Origin: a virus | Lineage: Duplodnaviria; Caudoviricetes | DNA: 64,000 nt | IMG/VR virus record: IMGVR_UViG_3300033463_000087 | Span: 11,366 to 75,365 of that record | Reading direction: 5' to 3' (one strand) | Shown: in pieces, positions 19,171 through 28,385 of the stretch | How the letters are laid out: each line of letters opens with the position of its first letter | Numbering within the stretch: the stretch's first letter is position 1 | The notes under the pieces: model-generated | What the model was told of the DNA's origin: nothing | The model's database searches: none | What the model saw: only the letters and a program-made list of their open reading frames with translations | Made by a program: the position numbers and the translations under genes

Positions 19171-19445
19171 TGTTTATCTCCTTTCTTTTTAAACTCTTCA
19201 CATTTTTGTTTAAATTTATACCATTCTTCTAAAATTAATTTACTTAATTTTTCATTACATTCAGTACATAAATCTAATCGTGAAGAAAAATCGTCGTGTT
19301 CTTCTTCATATTTGTCATATTTTGTTAAATAATGTAAAGTTGCCCAAGGTCCAAAAAACTTTGTATCTTTTTTAGTTAATTTTTTACCACATATATCACA
19401 ATAATATATTTCTTTTGTTTGTGTAACTTTTTCTACTTTCATCAT
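19164..19445 (-). CDS. Small zinc-ribbon protein
   Basis: YCDICGK...DLCTEC; GGAGG RBS; TTTACT-17-TATAAT promoter. Confidence 0.7.
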   Translation of the reverse strand: MMKVEKVTQTKEIYYCDICGKKLTKKDTKFFGPWATLHYLTKYDKYEEEHDDFSSRLDLCTECNEKLSKLILEEWYKFKQKCEEFKKKGDKQC

Positions 19446-19491
19446 ATATAACTTCCTCCCAAATATATAAGAAATTGATTCTTATAAATAT

Positions 19492-19520
19492 ATTATATTA
19501 AATTTTTAAGAAAAAGTAAA
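19492..19520 (-). promoter_or_regulatory. Sigma70-like promoter TTTACT-17-TATAAT
   Basis: Exact 17-bp spacer; upstream of 19445. Confidence 0.7.
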
Positions 19521-19523
19521 TAG

Positions 19524-19700
19524 TTAAAAATCATGTACGTCAAAATGCATTTTTACTTCTTTTAATTCTAAATAATTGCATTTATAGTTTATATCAATAT
19601 AAATAGTTTTACCTTGTACTTTAACATTATTTCCCATATATTGTGCATATTTACAAGTATGACATTGACCATCATTTATACATTTACTACCTTTTTTCAT
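19524..19700 (-). CDS. 58-aa Cys-containing protein (MKKGSKCINDGQCHTCKY...), not in ORF track
   Basis: Hand-translated; AAGGAG RBS. Confidence 0.6.
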   Translation of the reverse strand: MKKGSKCINDGQCHTCKYAQYMGNNVKVQGKTIYIDINYKCNYLELKEVKMHFDVHDF

Positions 19701-19931
19701 ATTTTATCTCCTTAAAATTTTACCTTTCGTTTCGCCACCGAGAAAGGTTATCGGTCGGAGGTTATAAGAAAAGAAAATAACTTATAACTATGTTAGGCTA
19801 TCTTTTTAAAAGAGTACCATTTGCTCCTACAATTATAGGCATTGTAGTCAACCCAATTAAGTTTTGGCAAGTAAATACACTGATGTCCATATAAAATATT
19901 ATACTAAATTTTATTAAAATATTTAACCAAT

Positions 19932-19962
19932 AAAAAAGAGCCACTAGAAATAGTGGCTCTTT
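19932..19962 (-). terminator. Intrinsic terminator after MCP
   Basis: AAAGAGCCACTA-gaaa-TAGTGGCTCTTT with U-tract on minus strand. Confidence 0.85.
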
Positions 19963-19984
19963 AAATTTACCAATTAACTCAATG

Positions 19985-20920
19985 TTACGGTAATGTGATT
20001 GTTCTAACTGCTAACATATTATGTAAAACAACACCATAGTTTGCATAGCCAGTAACAATGTATTCAAGTTTCCAAGGCAAGTCTGTAATCTTGATTTGTT
20101 GATTTTGTCTCAACACATATTTACCAAGATATTCAGGTGCGGTCAAAACATAGGCTTTCTTAGCAGGGCAAAGTTTGCTAACTAAGAATTTCAAGCCCAT
20201 AATTTGGCTAACATAACCATTTTCAACGATTGTGTTTAAGGTTACTTGGTCAACAACTGCAGCAGATGTCAATGTGCTAATGAATTCATAGTAAGCAGCA
20301 GGATTCATAACGATTGCTGTTGCAACTAATTGATTAACCATCATATCTGCACGAGCAGTATTTAATGTCGCAAGTGAAAGATTCGGTGTAGCATTTAAGG
20401 TACCATAAGCACCAGATGCTTCAGCAGCGGCTAACACTTTGAACAATTCTTCATCCAAAGAAAGTGCTAAACCGACGGCAACTTTATTTTTGGCTTCGTC
20501 TAATGTATTATAGGCGGCTGTAAAGATTTGGTCATAAGAAACAACCCAGTTAATTGCTGTGGTATGCGTATTGTAGAAAATACGTTTCGGACCGCGTTCA
20601 ATACGAGCAGGAGCACCTTTAAACGGAACGATTGCAGCACCCAATTCAGGGAATTCAATATCAGCCCAAGCAACATTGTTTGAAATGTTGTCTTCTTTGA
20701 ATACCTTTGTGGTAATGGCTTCATACGGAATCCTTACTTTCAATGCTTGGCTGAAAGCAACTGCTGCTTTCTTTTGACCAAAAGCACCTTGGTTCATAAG
20801 ACCATTGTAATAAGTGTTAAGTTTTACTTGGTCTTGTGCTTCTTTTTCAGCAGAAGCCTGTTTTTTCATGCCTTCACCTTTTAAGAGGGAGGCTAATTGC
20901 ATTAATTCTTCTTTTGTCAT
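19985..20920 (-). CDS. Major capsid protein (HK97 fold)
   Basis: 311 aa with highly biased codons; VMNP..Y..F, GYVSQIMGLKFLVS and C-terminal pattern; follows scaffold and decoration genes; strong terminator. Confidence 0.85.
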   Translation of the reverse strand: MTKEELMQLASLLKGEGMKKQASAEKEAQDQVKLNTYYNGLMNQGAFGQKKAAVAFSQALKVRIPYEAITTKVFKEDNISNNVAWADIEFPELGAAIVPFKGAPARIERGPKRIFYNTHTTAINWVVSYDQIFTAAYNTLDEAKNKVAVGLALSLDEELFKVLAAAEASGAYGTLNATPNLSLATLNTARADMMVNQLVATAIVMNPAAYYEFISTLTSAAVVDQVTLNTIVENGYVSQIMGLKFLVSKLCPAKKAYVLTAPEYLGKYVLRQNQQIKITDLPWKLEYIVTGYANYGVVLHNMLAVRTITLP

Positions 20921-20943
20921 AATATTTATTATCTCCCTATTAA

Positions 20944-21387
20944 TTATTTGACATTAATATAAGCAACCAAAACACCAGCAGTTGCATCAAAAGAAACAAC
21001 TGTACCAACAGGTTCGGTTGTGGTATCTGAACCATCAATTAAGTCGAGCTGACCTTCAGCATTAACTTTAAGACCAGCACCAACTGTGAATTGGGCATCT
21101 TTATTGAACGGGAAAACTTTTACACCGTCAATTTCATCTGCTGCCAAGGTAACTTGTGCGATTTTCACTACACCAACTTTACCTGAATCAGCAAACCACT
21201 CACCACCAGTAACATCATTTTTACCAGTGTGATAATAGTTATAAGAAAGACCTGCAAATTTATCATCTGCACCACAGAGCTTATAACCGTTTTCACCATA
21301 AGTCAACGGAGAACCTGCAATAATATTTTTTGTTGTTAAATCACAAGCACCATTAACTGTCAAACATTCGAAATCTCTATTTAACAT
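20944..21387 (-). CDS. Capsid decoration / cement protein
   Basis: 147 aa, Gly-rich beta pattern, immediately upstream of MCP. Confidence 0.7.
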   Translation of the reverse strand: MLNRDFECLTVNGACDLTTKNIIAGSPLTYGENGYKLCGADDKFAGLSYNYYHTGKNDVTGGEWFADSGKVGVVKIAQVTLAADEIDGVKVFPFNKDAQFTVGAGLKVNAEGQLDLIDGSDTTTEPVGTVVSFDATAGVLVAYINVK

Positions 21388-21401
21388 TTTAATTTTTTCC
21401 T

Positions 21402-22943
21402 CTATTTAGAATTTCTAGATTGGAATTCCATTTCTTTTTCAAGAACAAGGGCTTCCATATCTTCGGTAGAAGATAAATCTTCTTCCTTTAAGTTAAAAGC
21501 AGGAACAAAACCTGCGAGTTCGCTAGCTTCTTTTTTCATTGCTTCGTTTATCATGCGTTCGTGCATATTTGTTGCTTCTTCCGCTGGGCAGCAAGTATAT
21601 GTTTCATATATTGCATTAAGTTGCTCATTGGAATATTTAGCAAATTTTTCTGTCATAGCCGCTTTTTCTTCAGCATCTGTAATATTTAAGGAAGCAATAA
21701 TTTGTTTAATCTTGCTTGCTTTAATTGCAGTTGCTTCTTTCTTGGCTACTTCTTCAAGTTGTGCTTTAAGAGCTTTAATTTCTGCTTCTTTGGAAGCAAT
21801 AACTTCTTTTTGTGCTCTTAATTCTTTTGTAGCATCCCTTAAAGATTTAATTTGAGAAGCCATAGTTTTATCTTTTTTATTTCTTTCTTTGTTGAAGTCT
21901 TTTAAAGCCCATTCAACTTCTGTACCTACACCAGATTTGCTAGGTAAACGATTATATAAAGATTTAACTTTTGAAGGAGCAGCTTTTACATCTGCATCTT
22001 CATCGGCTTTCTTAAATTCTTTAGAATCTAAAGCGATTTCAGATTCAAGATTATCTTTCTTCACTTCATCTTCTTTAATGCTGAATTCTTTAAGTTCTTC
22101 AGCTTCATCATTATCAGTACCCGGAACAGTATCTTCAATTTCAGCAGCAATTAATTGTTTTGCTGAAAGTTTTTTACCGTTTTCAAGGGTAATTACGCCT
22201 TTTTCATTTGCTGTAATTTTCATATCTTTACCATCAACTTCAACGGTATCACCAACTTTTGCTTCTACTTTAGTAGCAACTTTCTTTGAAAGTTTGCTTG
22301 CTAATTTGGCAAAAGCACCAAAGGTATAGCCAATTTTATGTGCAATTTTATTAAAAACTGTTTCAGCTTCAGGTAATTTTTTACCTTCATTATATGCTTT
22401 AATAATGCTTGCTTTTAATTCTTTATTAAGAATTTTACCAGCTTTTAATGCTTTAATTTTGCCACCTTTAAGTTTCAAAATATAATAAGAATTATTTAAT
22501 GAAGCATGTGCAGTATGACAAGCAGCAGGAACATAACCAACTTCGTCAATTTCTTCCATTGTTTCAGGAACATTGACTTCTTCTTCTAATTCTTCTGCAA
22601 CTTCATCTTGCGGTTTTTCCGCTTCAATGATTGCTTCATAAATTTCTTTCTTTTCCTCATCTTCGCCTTCTACTTTTTCAACGAAGATTTCAGTGCCATC
22701 AGCTTTAGTAATTTTTGCTAAATCATCTGCTTCTTCTTCAGTTAATTTAACATTTTCTTCAACTGTTGCACCGTCAGATAAAACGATAAGATCCTCAGCT
22801 TCAGCTTTAGGTTCAGTTTTGGTTTTATTTTCCTTAACTTCTTCCTTTACTTCTTCTTTGGTATCTAAATCTTTTTCATCTTCTTTGATTTCAAGGTCTT
22901 TTTCTTCCTTGATTTCTTCGGCTTTGAGTTTTCTTTTTGCCAT
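21402..22943 (-). CDS. Head scaffolding protein
   Basis: E/K/A-rich with C-terminal coiled coil; between protease and MCP; late promoter. Confidence 0.75.
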   Translation of the reverse strand: MAKRKLKAEEIKEEKDLEIKEDEKDLDTKEEVKEEVKENKTKTEPKAEAEDLIVLSDGATVEENVKLTEEEADDLAKITKADGTEIFVEKVEGEDEEKKEIYEAIIEAEKPQDEVAEELEEEVNVPETMEEIDEVGYVPAACHTAHASLNNSYYILKLKGGKIKALKAGKILNKELKASIIKAYNEGKKLPEAETVFNKIAHKIGYTFGAFAKLASKLSKKVATKVEAKVGDTVEVDGKDMKITANEKGVITLENGKKLSAKQLIAAEIEDTVPGTDNDEAEELKEFSIKEDEVKKDNLESEIALDSKEFKKADEDADVKAAPSKVKSLYNRLPSKSGVGTEVEWALKDFNKERNKKDKTMASQIKSLRDATKELRAQKEVIASKEAEIKALKAQLEEVAKKEATAIKASKIKQIIASLNITDAEEKAAMTEKFAKYSNEQLNAIYETYTCCPAEEATNMHERMINEAMKKEASELAGFVPAFNLKEEDLSSTEDMEALVLEKEMEFQSRNSK

Positions 22944-22993
22944 TGTTTTTTCTCCATTTTTATTAAAATGAAATTATTACAGGTATCAAAACC

Positions 22994-23011
22994 TATATAA
23001 ATATAAATGAA
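22994..23011 (-). promoter_or_regulatory. Putative late promoter (scaffold-decoration-MCP)
   Basis: TTCATTTATATTTATATA. Confidence 0.75.
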
Positions 23012-23021
23012 ATTTATTAAA

Positions 23022-24797
23022 TTAATAAGTTTCTTTAATAATTTCATTCAAATCTTTATTTATAGAAGCAGTAGAACTAAATGGTGTATAACTATAATTA
23101 TCACCATCTAAATAACTATCTATTTCTTTATCAAGATTTACTTGTTTGTTTTTAAATTTTTCCAATTCTTCTTCGGTAATAATATTATTTTCAAGCAAAT
23201 CGTCTATTTCATTATTTTCTATTGCCTTATTTAATACTTTATAAAAAAGTTTTCCATCGCGCTTTGTTACAATTTTATCTTGCAATAATTCAAAAACATC
23301 GCGCTTATTTAAAAAATCTTCAATTAAATCATTAAATATTTTTCCATCTTTTTTAGTAATAATCTTATGATAAAGTAAACTATATTTGCGACCTTTTTCA
23401 ATAAATTTATCTACCAATTCATTAAATAATTTTCCGTCTTCTTTTGTAATAATATGATTGTAGAGTAAATAATACCAATCATCTTTATCATTTTTATCAT
23501 TTATTATATCTTCAACAATTTTATTAAACAATTCTTTATCATTACGCGTTATAATTTCTTCATTAAGCAAATTAAATCTTTTGCCTTTTTTGGATAATTG
23601 TTTTACTTTTTCGATAAATTTATCATAATCAGTATTTTTTAATTTTTTAAGATAATTCATTTCATCTACATATTCATCATGATTTAAATAACTATTTATC
23701 TCCTTATCTAAATTAACTTCTTCTTGATGTTGTTCACCAAAGTTTTCTGCTTCATCTTCAATCATTATTAAAGGTTCTTGATTTATTGATTGTGCTACGG
23801 GTTGTTCTTTAACCTCTTCTTGGTTTGTTTGAGTTTCAAGTTTTTGTAAATCCATTATATTTAAACCAATTTGTAATTGCATAAGTTCACGAACAATACC
23901 TTGTAATGGATTTGTAATAATTTGTGTATTATCTACACCCATTATAGTAGTTAAAAGTGAATCTGCTAAAATTTTCATTTTATTTAACAAATCTACATTA
24001 CTTAATGCTTTAAACTGTTCTTCGCAAGCCATTTTAAATTCTTTCATTTTGCCCGCTTGTTTAATAGCCATATATTTGTTAAATTCTTCTTTAACATTAC
24101 TTTTCTTTTTTGATGCTTTAATATCAAAAACAAAGGCATCTTTATCTGCCGGAACTTCAACAGCACTTAAACCTGTAAAGCAAATATCTTTGTTTATTTC
24201 ATACACATAATCACCATTTTCATCTTGCTTACCTTTCATATAGGTAATCGGGTTATTAGGATTCATATGCTCACAAAGATTATCAAAAGAAGTAGCAACA
24301 TTACCACATTTTGAACAAATACAAGTGCTTGCTAAACAAGACATAGAAACTTGGTTATAAGTACCATCTAATATTTGTTGACAAAATTCAGGGTATTCAT
24401 TTTTATCAATAGCACAAAGGCAAACAACATATTCTTCTTCATCATTTGGCACAGCATCAAGAACAATACCTTTAGCATCGGCTTCACTATCTTCTTTATG
24501 TTCAATATAAAAACCTACACCTGGATATGTCGGTAATGCTTTTTTAATTTCTTCCCACGGAAAAGCATCAAAGTTACCATTATAACCATGTTTTTCCATA
24601 CCCGAAATTGCACGAGCAGTTAAAAATAAAAAGTTTTTTGTGTCATAGTTATATGCTTCTTGTGGTAGAAATTTAGTTCTATCATTTGAGGGATTTTCAT
24701 TTGCTTGTTTTACAAAATCTCTCCATTGAAATTTACCGTTTGCGTCTGTAGCATAAACGGATTTAATATCTAAAGTTGCTTTTCTAAGAAATGCCAT
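23022..24797 (-). CDS. Prohead maturation protease with C-terminal repeat extension
   Basis: YIEH, VSMSC, C-x-C-x-x-C and GLSAVEVPAD match assemblin-like phage proteases; upstream of scaffold. Confidence 0.75.
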   Translation of the reverse strand: MAFLRKATLDIKSVYATDANGKFQWRDFVKQANENPSNDRTKFLPQEAYNYDTKNFLFLTARAISGMEKHGYNGNFDAFPWEEIKKALPTYPGVGFYIEHKEDSEADAKGIVLDAVPNDEEEYVVCLCAIDKNEYPEFCQQILDGTYNQVSMSCLASTCICSKCGNVATSFDNLCEHMNPNNPITYMKGKQDENGDYVYEINKDICFTGLSAVEVPADKDAFVFDIKASKKKSNVKEEFNKYMAIKQAGKMKEFKMACEEQFKALSNVDLLNKMKILADSLLTTIMGVDNTQIITNPLQGIVRELMQLQIGLNIMDLQKLETQTNQEEVKEQPVAQSINQEPLIMIEDEAENFGEQHQEEVNLDKEINSYLNHDEYVDEMNYLKKLKNTDYDKFIEKVKQLSKKGKRFNLLNEEIITRNDKELFNKIVEDIINDKNDKDDWYYLLYNHIITKEDGKLFNELVDKFIEKGRKYSLLYHKIITKKDGKIFNDLIEDFLNKRDVFELLQDKIVTKRDGKLFYKVLNKAIENNEIDDLLENNIITEEELEKFKNKQVNLDKEIDSYLDGDNYSYTPFSSTASINKDLNEIIKETY

Positions 24798-24799
24798 AT

Positions 24800-25027
24800 T
24801 TAATCCTCATCAACAAAAAACGGTACATTAAGATCAAAAGCATTTATTGATTTTAATATTCTATCAAATGTATTTTTAAGAACTAATTTATTTATTTCTT
24901 GTTCCTTATTTTCTGCAATTTCATTATATTTACGAGCTAATTCAAGAGTAGCATGTTCTAATTCCGAATAAAAATTATCTTTTATTAATTCGTTATTTTC
25001 TGCTTTAATTAATTTTGTAAATTTCAT
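24800..25027 (-). CDS. Leader-bearing small protein (MKFTKLIKAE...)
   Basis: GAGG RBS; leader. Confidence 0.75.
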   Translation of the reverse strand: MKFTKLIKAENNELIKDNFYSELEHATLELARKYNEIAENKEQEINKLVLKNTFDRILKSINAFDLNVPFFVDED

Positions 25028-25040
25028 ATATACCTCTAAA

Positions 25041-25262
25041 CTAATCTTCTTTTCTATACTCTTCTATTGAAGATAATACTTGTTTTAATTTATATTCAAT
25101 GTTAACTAAAAGATCATTAATGCTAGTTTCGTCACCAGATTGTATAAAATCTGATAATTCACCTACTTCTCTTTCTGTTAAAACTTCAAGTTTATTTACA
25201 ACATTATCATTTAGTAAATCAAGTTTATTTTGTGAAAGTTCTGCTTTAATTTTAAATTTCAT
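25041..25262 (-). CDS. Leader-bearing small protein (MKFKIKAE...)
   Basis: GAGG RBS; leader. Confidence 0.75.
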   Translation of the reverse strand: MKFKIKAELSQNKLDLLNDNVVNKLEVLTEREVGELSDFIQSGDETSINDLLVNIEYKLKQVLSSIEEYRKED

Positions 25263-25272
25263 ATTTCCTCTT

Positions 25273-25461
25273 TTAAATTACTAAAACTAATTTGCCATAA
25301 AGTGTCCCAATTACATTATAATATGCACTACTAACATCAGTATTATCAAGTAAATCGTCTAATGGTATAAAATGTTCATATTCTTTTATATCATCAATAT
25401 GTTCTTTTGTAACATAAAAATATGTTTCATCAGATGTTAAGTAGCTTGGAATCACATTCAT
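25273..25461 (-). CDS. 62-aa hypothetical protein, possibly leaderless
   Basis: ATG forms the last 3 nt of a late-promoter motif; no RBS. Confidence 0.45.
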   Translation of the reverse strand: MNVIPSYLTSDETYFYVTKEHIDDIKEYEHFIPLDDLLDNTDVSSAYYNVIGTLYGKLVLVI

Positions 25462-25476
25462 ATAAATATAAATGAA
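25459..25476 (-). promoter_or_regulatory. Putative late promoter ending in ATG
   Basis: TTCATTTATATTTATATG. Confidence 0.7.
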
Positions 25477-25481
25477 ATAAT

Positions 25482-25511
25482 AAAAGGCAGTCTATTAGTA
25501 AGCCGCCTTTT
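25482..25511 (-). terminator. Intrinsic terminator
   Basis: AAAAGGC...GCCTTTT. Confidence 0.55.
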
Positions 25512-25531
25512 AGATTTATAAATTAAATAAA

Positions 25532-26077
25532 CTATTTTTTCATCAATAATTCTTTAATTTCTTCAAGTAATTTAATTACTCTACTATCTTGAACCATTAT
25601 TTTGTTAAAATCTTCATCTTTAATAATATGGGCTCTTTCCCATTTATTTGCTTTAGGATCATAACAAAATGATTGTGTAAACATTTGTTTATTATCTTTT
25701 AAGTTAGAAGATAAAATACCTCTAGGTTGCACAGTAATTAAATAATTTAATGTTTCAGGTAACTCTATACCAATAGACTCTATTTTACCACTAAATCTTT
25801 TTAATTTAGGTGTAAAAGAAATATTTACAGTATAAGTATCTGTGTCATTCAAATTATTCTCTTGATAAGGTATAAATAAACAAATATCTCCAGATGAATT
25901 ATCTTTTGCTTTTGCAACTTCTTCTATAAAATAAATTTTTTGTTTATTTATATAAATAGAAGTTTCATATTCAAATTTGCTAGGTAAATTAGATAATTCA
26001 GTTTTATTATAAATAAGAGACATATCCGTTTTTTCTCTACGGAATACTCTCAAATTAATATTTGGATTATTTGCCAT
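25532..26077 (-). CDS. Hypothetical protein
   Basis: 181-aa ORF overlapping upstream gene; terminator follows. Confidence 0.65.
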   Translation of the reverse strand: MANNPNINLRVFRREKTDMSLIYNKTELSNLPSKFEYETSIYINKQKIYFIEEVAKAKDNSSGDICLFIPYQENNLNDTDTYTVNISFTPKLKRFSGKIESIGIELPETLNYLITVQPRGILSSNLKDNKQMFTQSFCYDPKANKWERAHIIKDEDFNKIMVQDSRVIKLLEEIKELLMKK

Positions 26078-27068
26078 TTAATTTCTCCAATTTAGCCAAA
26101 GCACTTTTCTTTGATACTTCATCTGCACATTTAGCAATAGCAGTTAATTTAGCAATATCTTTACATCTTGCAATAGTCATTTTTTTAACTCTATTATCTT
26201 TTAACATAAAACCTTTAATATATTCTTGTAATTCAGGTTCTAATTCTACAAAGGCAGATTCATCAATAGAAGCACTTCTTCCATCTTCTTTAGGTGTTAC
26301 ACTTTCAGCAACTTTTTTAAGTTCTTGTACAACTACTTTTTGAGTATTATTTGTTAATTCTGAAGCACTAATTTCTTTTGCAAAAACATCTTTATCTGCT
26401 TTTACAATAAAAGTACTTTCATCTTCAACAGGTTTTTCTACTTTAGGTGATTTATAAACAACTTCTACTTGTTGATTAGCAATTTCTCTAGACCTTGCTT
26501 CTTGTGATTTAATAATATCATCAGCACTTATTGCACCTTTATCATTATTAGAAACTTCTGTTCTTACAATTTCAATTTCTGATTGTGCTTGTGTAGGTTG
26601 TTGAGGAATAGGTTGTTCATCTACTTCTTTTAAATTACCTAATTCATCAATATCAACATTTATTTTTTTATTTTGTTCTACAGGTTCGGTTAAACTAATA
26701 GCACTTTCTTGAATTTTTATTAAACCACCTGTTTTAACAATTTTGGCAGAATAAATACCATTATTAGGATTATAAGCATCAATAACTAATTCTAACTTTG
26801 AAGCATCATTTAAAAAGCATTTAGTACCAATTTTATATTTTTGTCCATAATTTTTATGTTCAGGTAATTTTATTTCTGTTCTTGCATCTTGTAAACTGAT
26901 CCATTTTGCCGCAAGAGCCTTACTAACTCCTATATAGCTATATAATGTTTCTTCATCAAAAGATGAAAGAGAACATTGATAAGGTTGTAAAGTAGTAATT
27001 ACACTACCTTTATTATCTGTAATTATAACACGACCATTTGTTAGATTTTGTATGAATTTTTTAGACAT
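26067..27068 (-). CDS. Hypothetical late protein
   Basis: 333 aa; RBS and late promoter at 27127. Confidence 0.7.
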   Translation of the reverse strand: MSKKFIQNLTNGRVIITDNKGSVITTLQPYQCSLSSFDEETLYSYIGVSKALAAKWISLQDARTEIKLPEHKNYGQKYKIGTKCFLNDASKLELVIDAYNPNNGIYSAKIVKTGGLIKIQESAISLTEPVEQNKKINVDIDELGNLKEVDEQPIPQQPTQAQSEIEIVRTEVSNNDKGAISADDIIKSQEARSREIANQQVEVVYKSPKVEKPVEDESTFIVKADKDVFAKEISASELTNNTQKVVVQELKKVAESVTPKEDGRSASIDESAFVELEPELQEYIKGFMLKDNRVKKMTIARCKDIAKLTAIAKCADEVSKKSALAKLEKLNGK

Positions 27069-27126
27069 AATTTAATTTCTCCTGTTTTCTTGTTTTCTTT
27101 AGTTTATGAGGATTTTAAGTAATCCT

Positions 27127-27144
27127 TATATAAATATAAATGAA
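27127..27144 (-). promoter_or_regulatory. Putative late promoter
   Basis: TTCATTTATATTTATATA. Confidence 0.75.
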
Positions 27145-27146
27145 AT

Positions 27147-27177
27147 AAAAAGAGTCATCTTATTTATAGATGACTCT
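27147..27177 (-). terminator. Intrinsic terminator
   Basis: AGAGTCATCT...AGATGACTCT plus U-tract. Confidence 0.75.
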
Positions 27178-27201
27178 AAATTAATAAAAATTAATATATT
27201 T

Positions 27202-27432
27202 TTATTTTTCTTTAATGTCTAAAAGTAATACACCTAAAATAAAGAATAAAGCAAATACATTTAATTTATCTGCAAAAGAAAGAGGCATTGTTTGCCAAAT
27301 AAAACAAGCAAGTAAAATAGCTGCCAATTTTTCTTTTGTGTTAAAGATTTTGAAAAAATTAACTGCAATAAATTTAAAACCTTTAAGAATTACTATAAAT
27401 ACTTCTTTGATTTTTTCCCAAATATTTTTCAT
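27202..27432 (-). CDS. Small two-TM membrane protein (holin-like candidate)
   Basis: Hydrophobic LAAILLACFIWQ and VFALFFILGVLLL segments. Confidence 0.55.
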   Translation of the reverse strand: MKNIWEKIKEVFIVILKGFKFIAVNFFKIFNTKEKLAAILLACFIWQTMPLSFADKLNVFALFFILGVLLLDIKEK

Positions 27433-27434
27433 TA

Positions 27435-27827
27435 TTAATTCCTCTCATTTAATTCATCACATTCATCCTGTGCCTCTTCGAAAGTATCAAAATAATAAAT
27501 ATCACCATCATCATCTTGATAAGGTATTCCTTCAAAATTATCGAAGATAAAAAATCTTCTATCTCTATTGCCTTCAAAAATATCAGATTTTCCCCAATCT
27601 TCTCTTTGAACCTCAAATCTTAAATTATTGGATGCTTTTTTATATTTATGTTCAGCTCTAAGATAATCTAATTCTGTTTGAGCCTCTTTTTCAGTATCAA
27701 AATGATATTCTCTGCCTTCTTCATCTTTATAAATACCTTCGGGTCCTTTTATAACATAATAAGATTTATCTTTTTCATCTACTTTTTCTAAATTCCAACT
27801 TGCTTTAATTAATTTTATAAATTTCAT
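27435..27827 (-). CDS. Leader-bearing protein with internal duplication (MKFIKLIKAS...)
   Basis: Two halves ending YHFDTEKEAQTE and YYFDTFEEAQDE. Confidence 0.75.
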   Translation of the reverse strand: MKFIKLIKASWNLEKVDEKDKSYYVIKGPEGIYKDEEGREYHFDTEKEAQTELDYLRAEHKYKKASNNLRFEVQREDWGKSDIFEGNRDRRFFIFDNFEGIPYQDDDGDIYYFDTFEEAQDECDELNERN

Positions 27828-27830
27828 AAT

Positions 27831-28385
27831 TTATTTCCTCTTATTTAAATATTCTAATGCTTCTTGGGTTCTTTGATCTGATACTTCTTCCCAAGTTTTA
27901 AATTTAGGTAAAGCTTGCTTAATAGCTTTATCTAATTGTTTTATTTGTTCTTTCATTTCATTTACTTTTATTTCTAAACGATTTTTTTCTGAATATAAAG
28001 TATCAATAAATTCATAATCAAAATTTAACTTTCCAATACCATCTTCAGTTAATCTTTTTAATTCATAATAATCATCGTGATATTTTTCAATATCATTTTC
28101 TAATTTATGTTTTTGTACATAAAAATCTCTATTTTCAGAAAATTGTTTAATAGTTAAACCGATTATTTTTTCAAAATCTTTTTCATCAAATTTTTCTTTT
28201 TGTTCATCTGTTAAATAATCAAATTCTATAGTATCCCTAAGACTATCCCAAACTTCAATATTGTCATCACTATTTGTAGGATCATAAATTTCTGAATCTG
28301 ACCAATTGTCTTTATCAAATTTAGCTTTTATTTGATTGATTTCTTCTTCTGTTAAACTTGCTTTAATTAATTTTGTAAATTTCAT
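27831..28385 (-). CDS. Leader-bearing acidic/coiled-coil protein (MKFTKLIKAS...)
   Basis: GAGG RBS; leader. Confidence 0.75.
   Translation of the reverse strand: MKFTKLIKASLTEEEINQIKAKFDKDNWSDSEIYDPTNSDDNIEVWDSLRDTIEFDYLTDEQKEKFDEKDFEKIIGLTIKQFSENRDFYVQKHKLENDIEKYHDDYYELKRLTEDGIGKLNFDYEFIDTLYSEKNRLEIKVNEMKEQIKQLDKAIKQALPKFKTWEEVSDQRTQEALEYLNKRK

Noticed and set aside
19720-19890. ZTP riboswitch or hammerhead ribozyme (GGCGAAAC, CCGACCG, CTGATG)
   Set aside because: The elements are in the wrong order or on different strands and the CUGAUGA core is absent; kept only as an unassigned structured leader.
22865-23047. 60-aa minus-strand ORF spanning the protease-scaffold gap
   Set aside because: Overlaps both neighbours in another frame and reads through the promoter motif (FIYIYI); no RBS.
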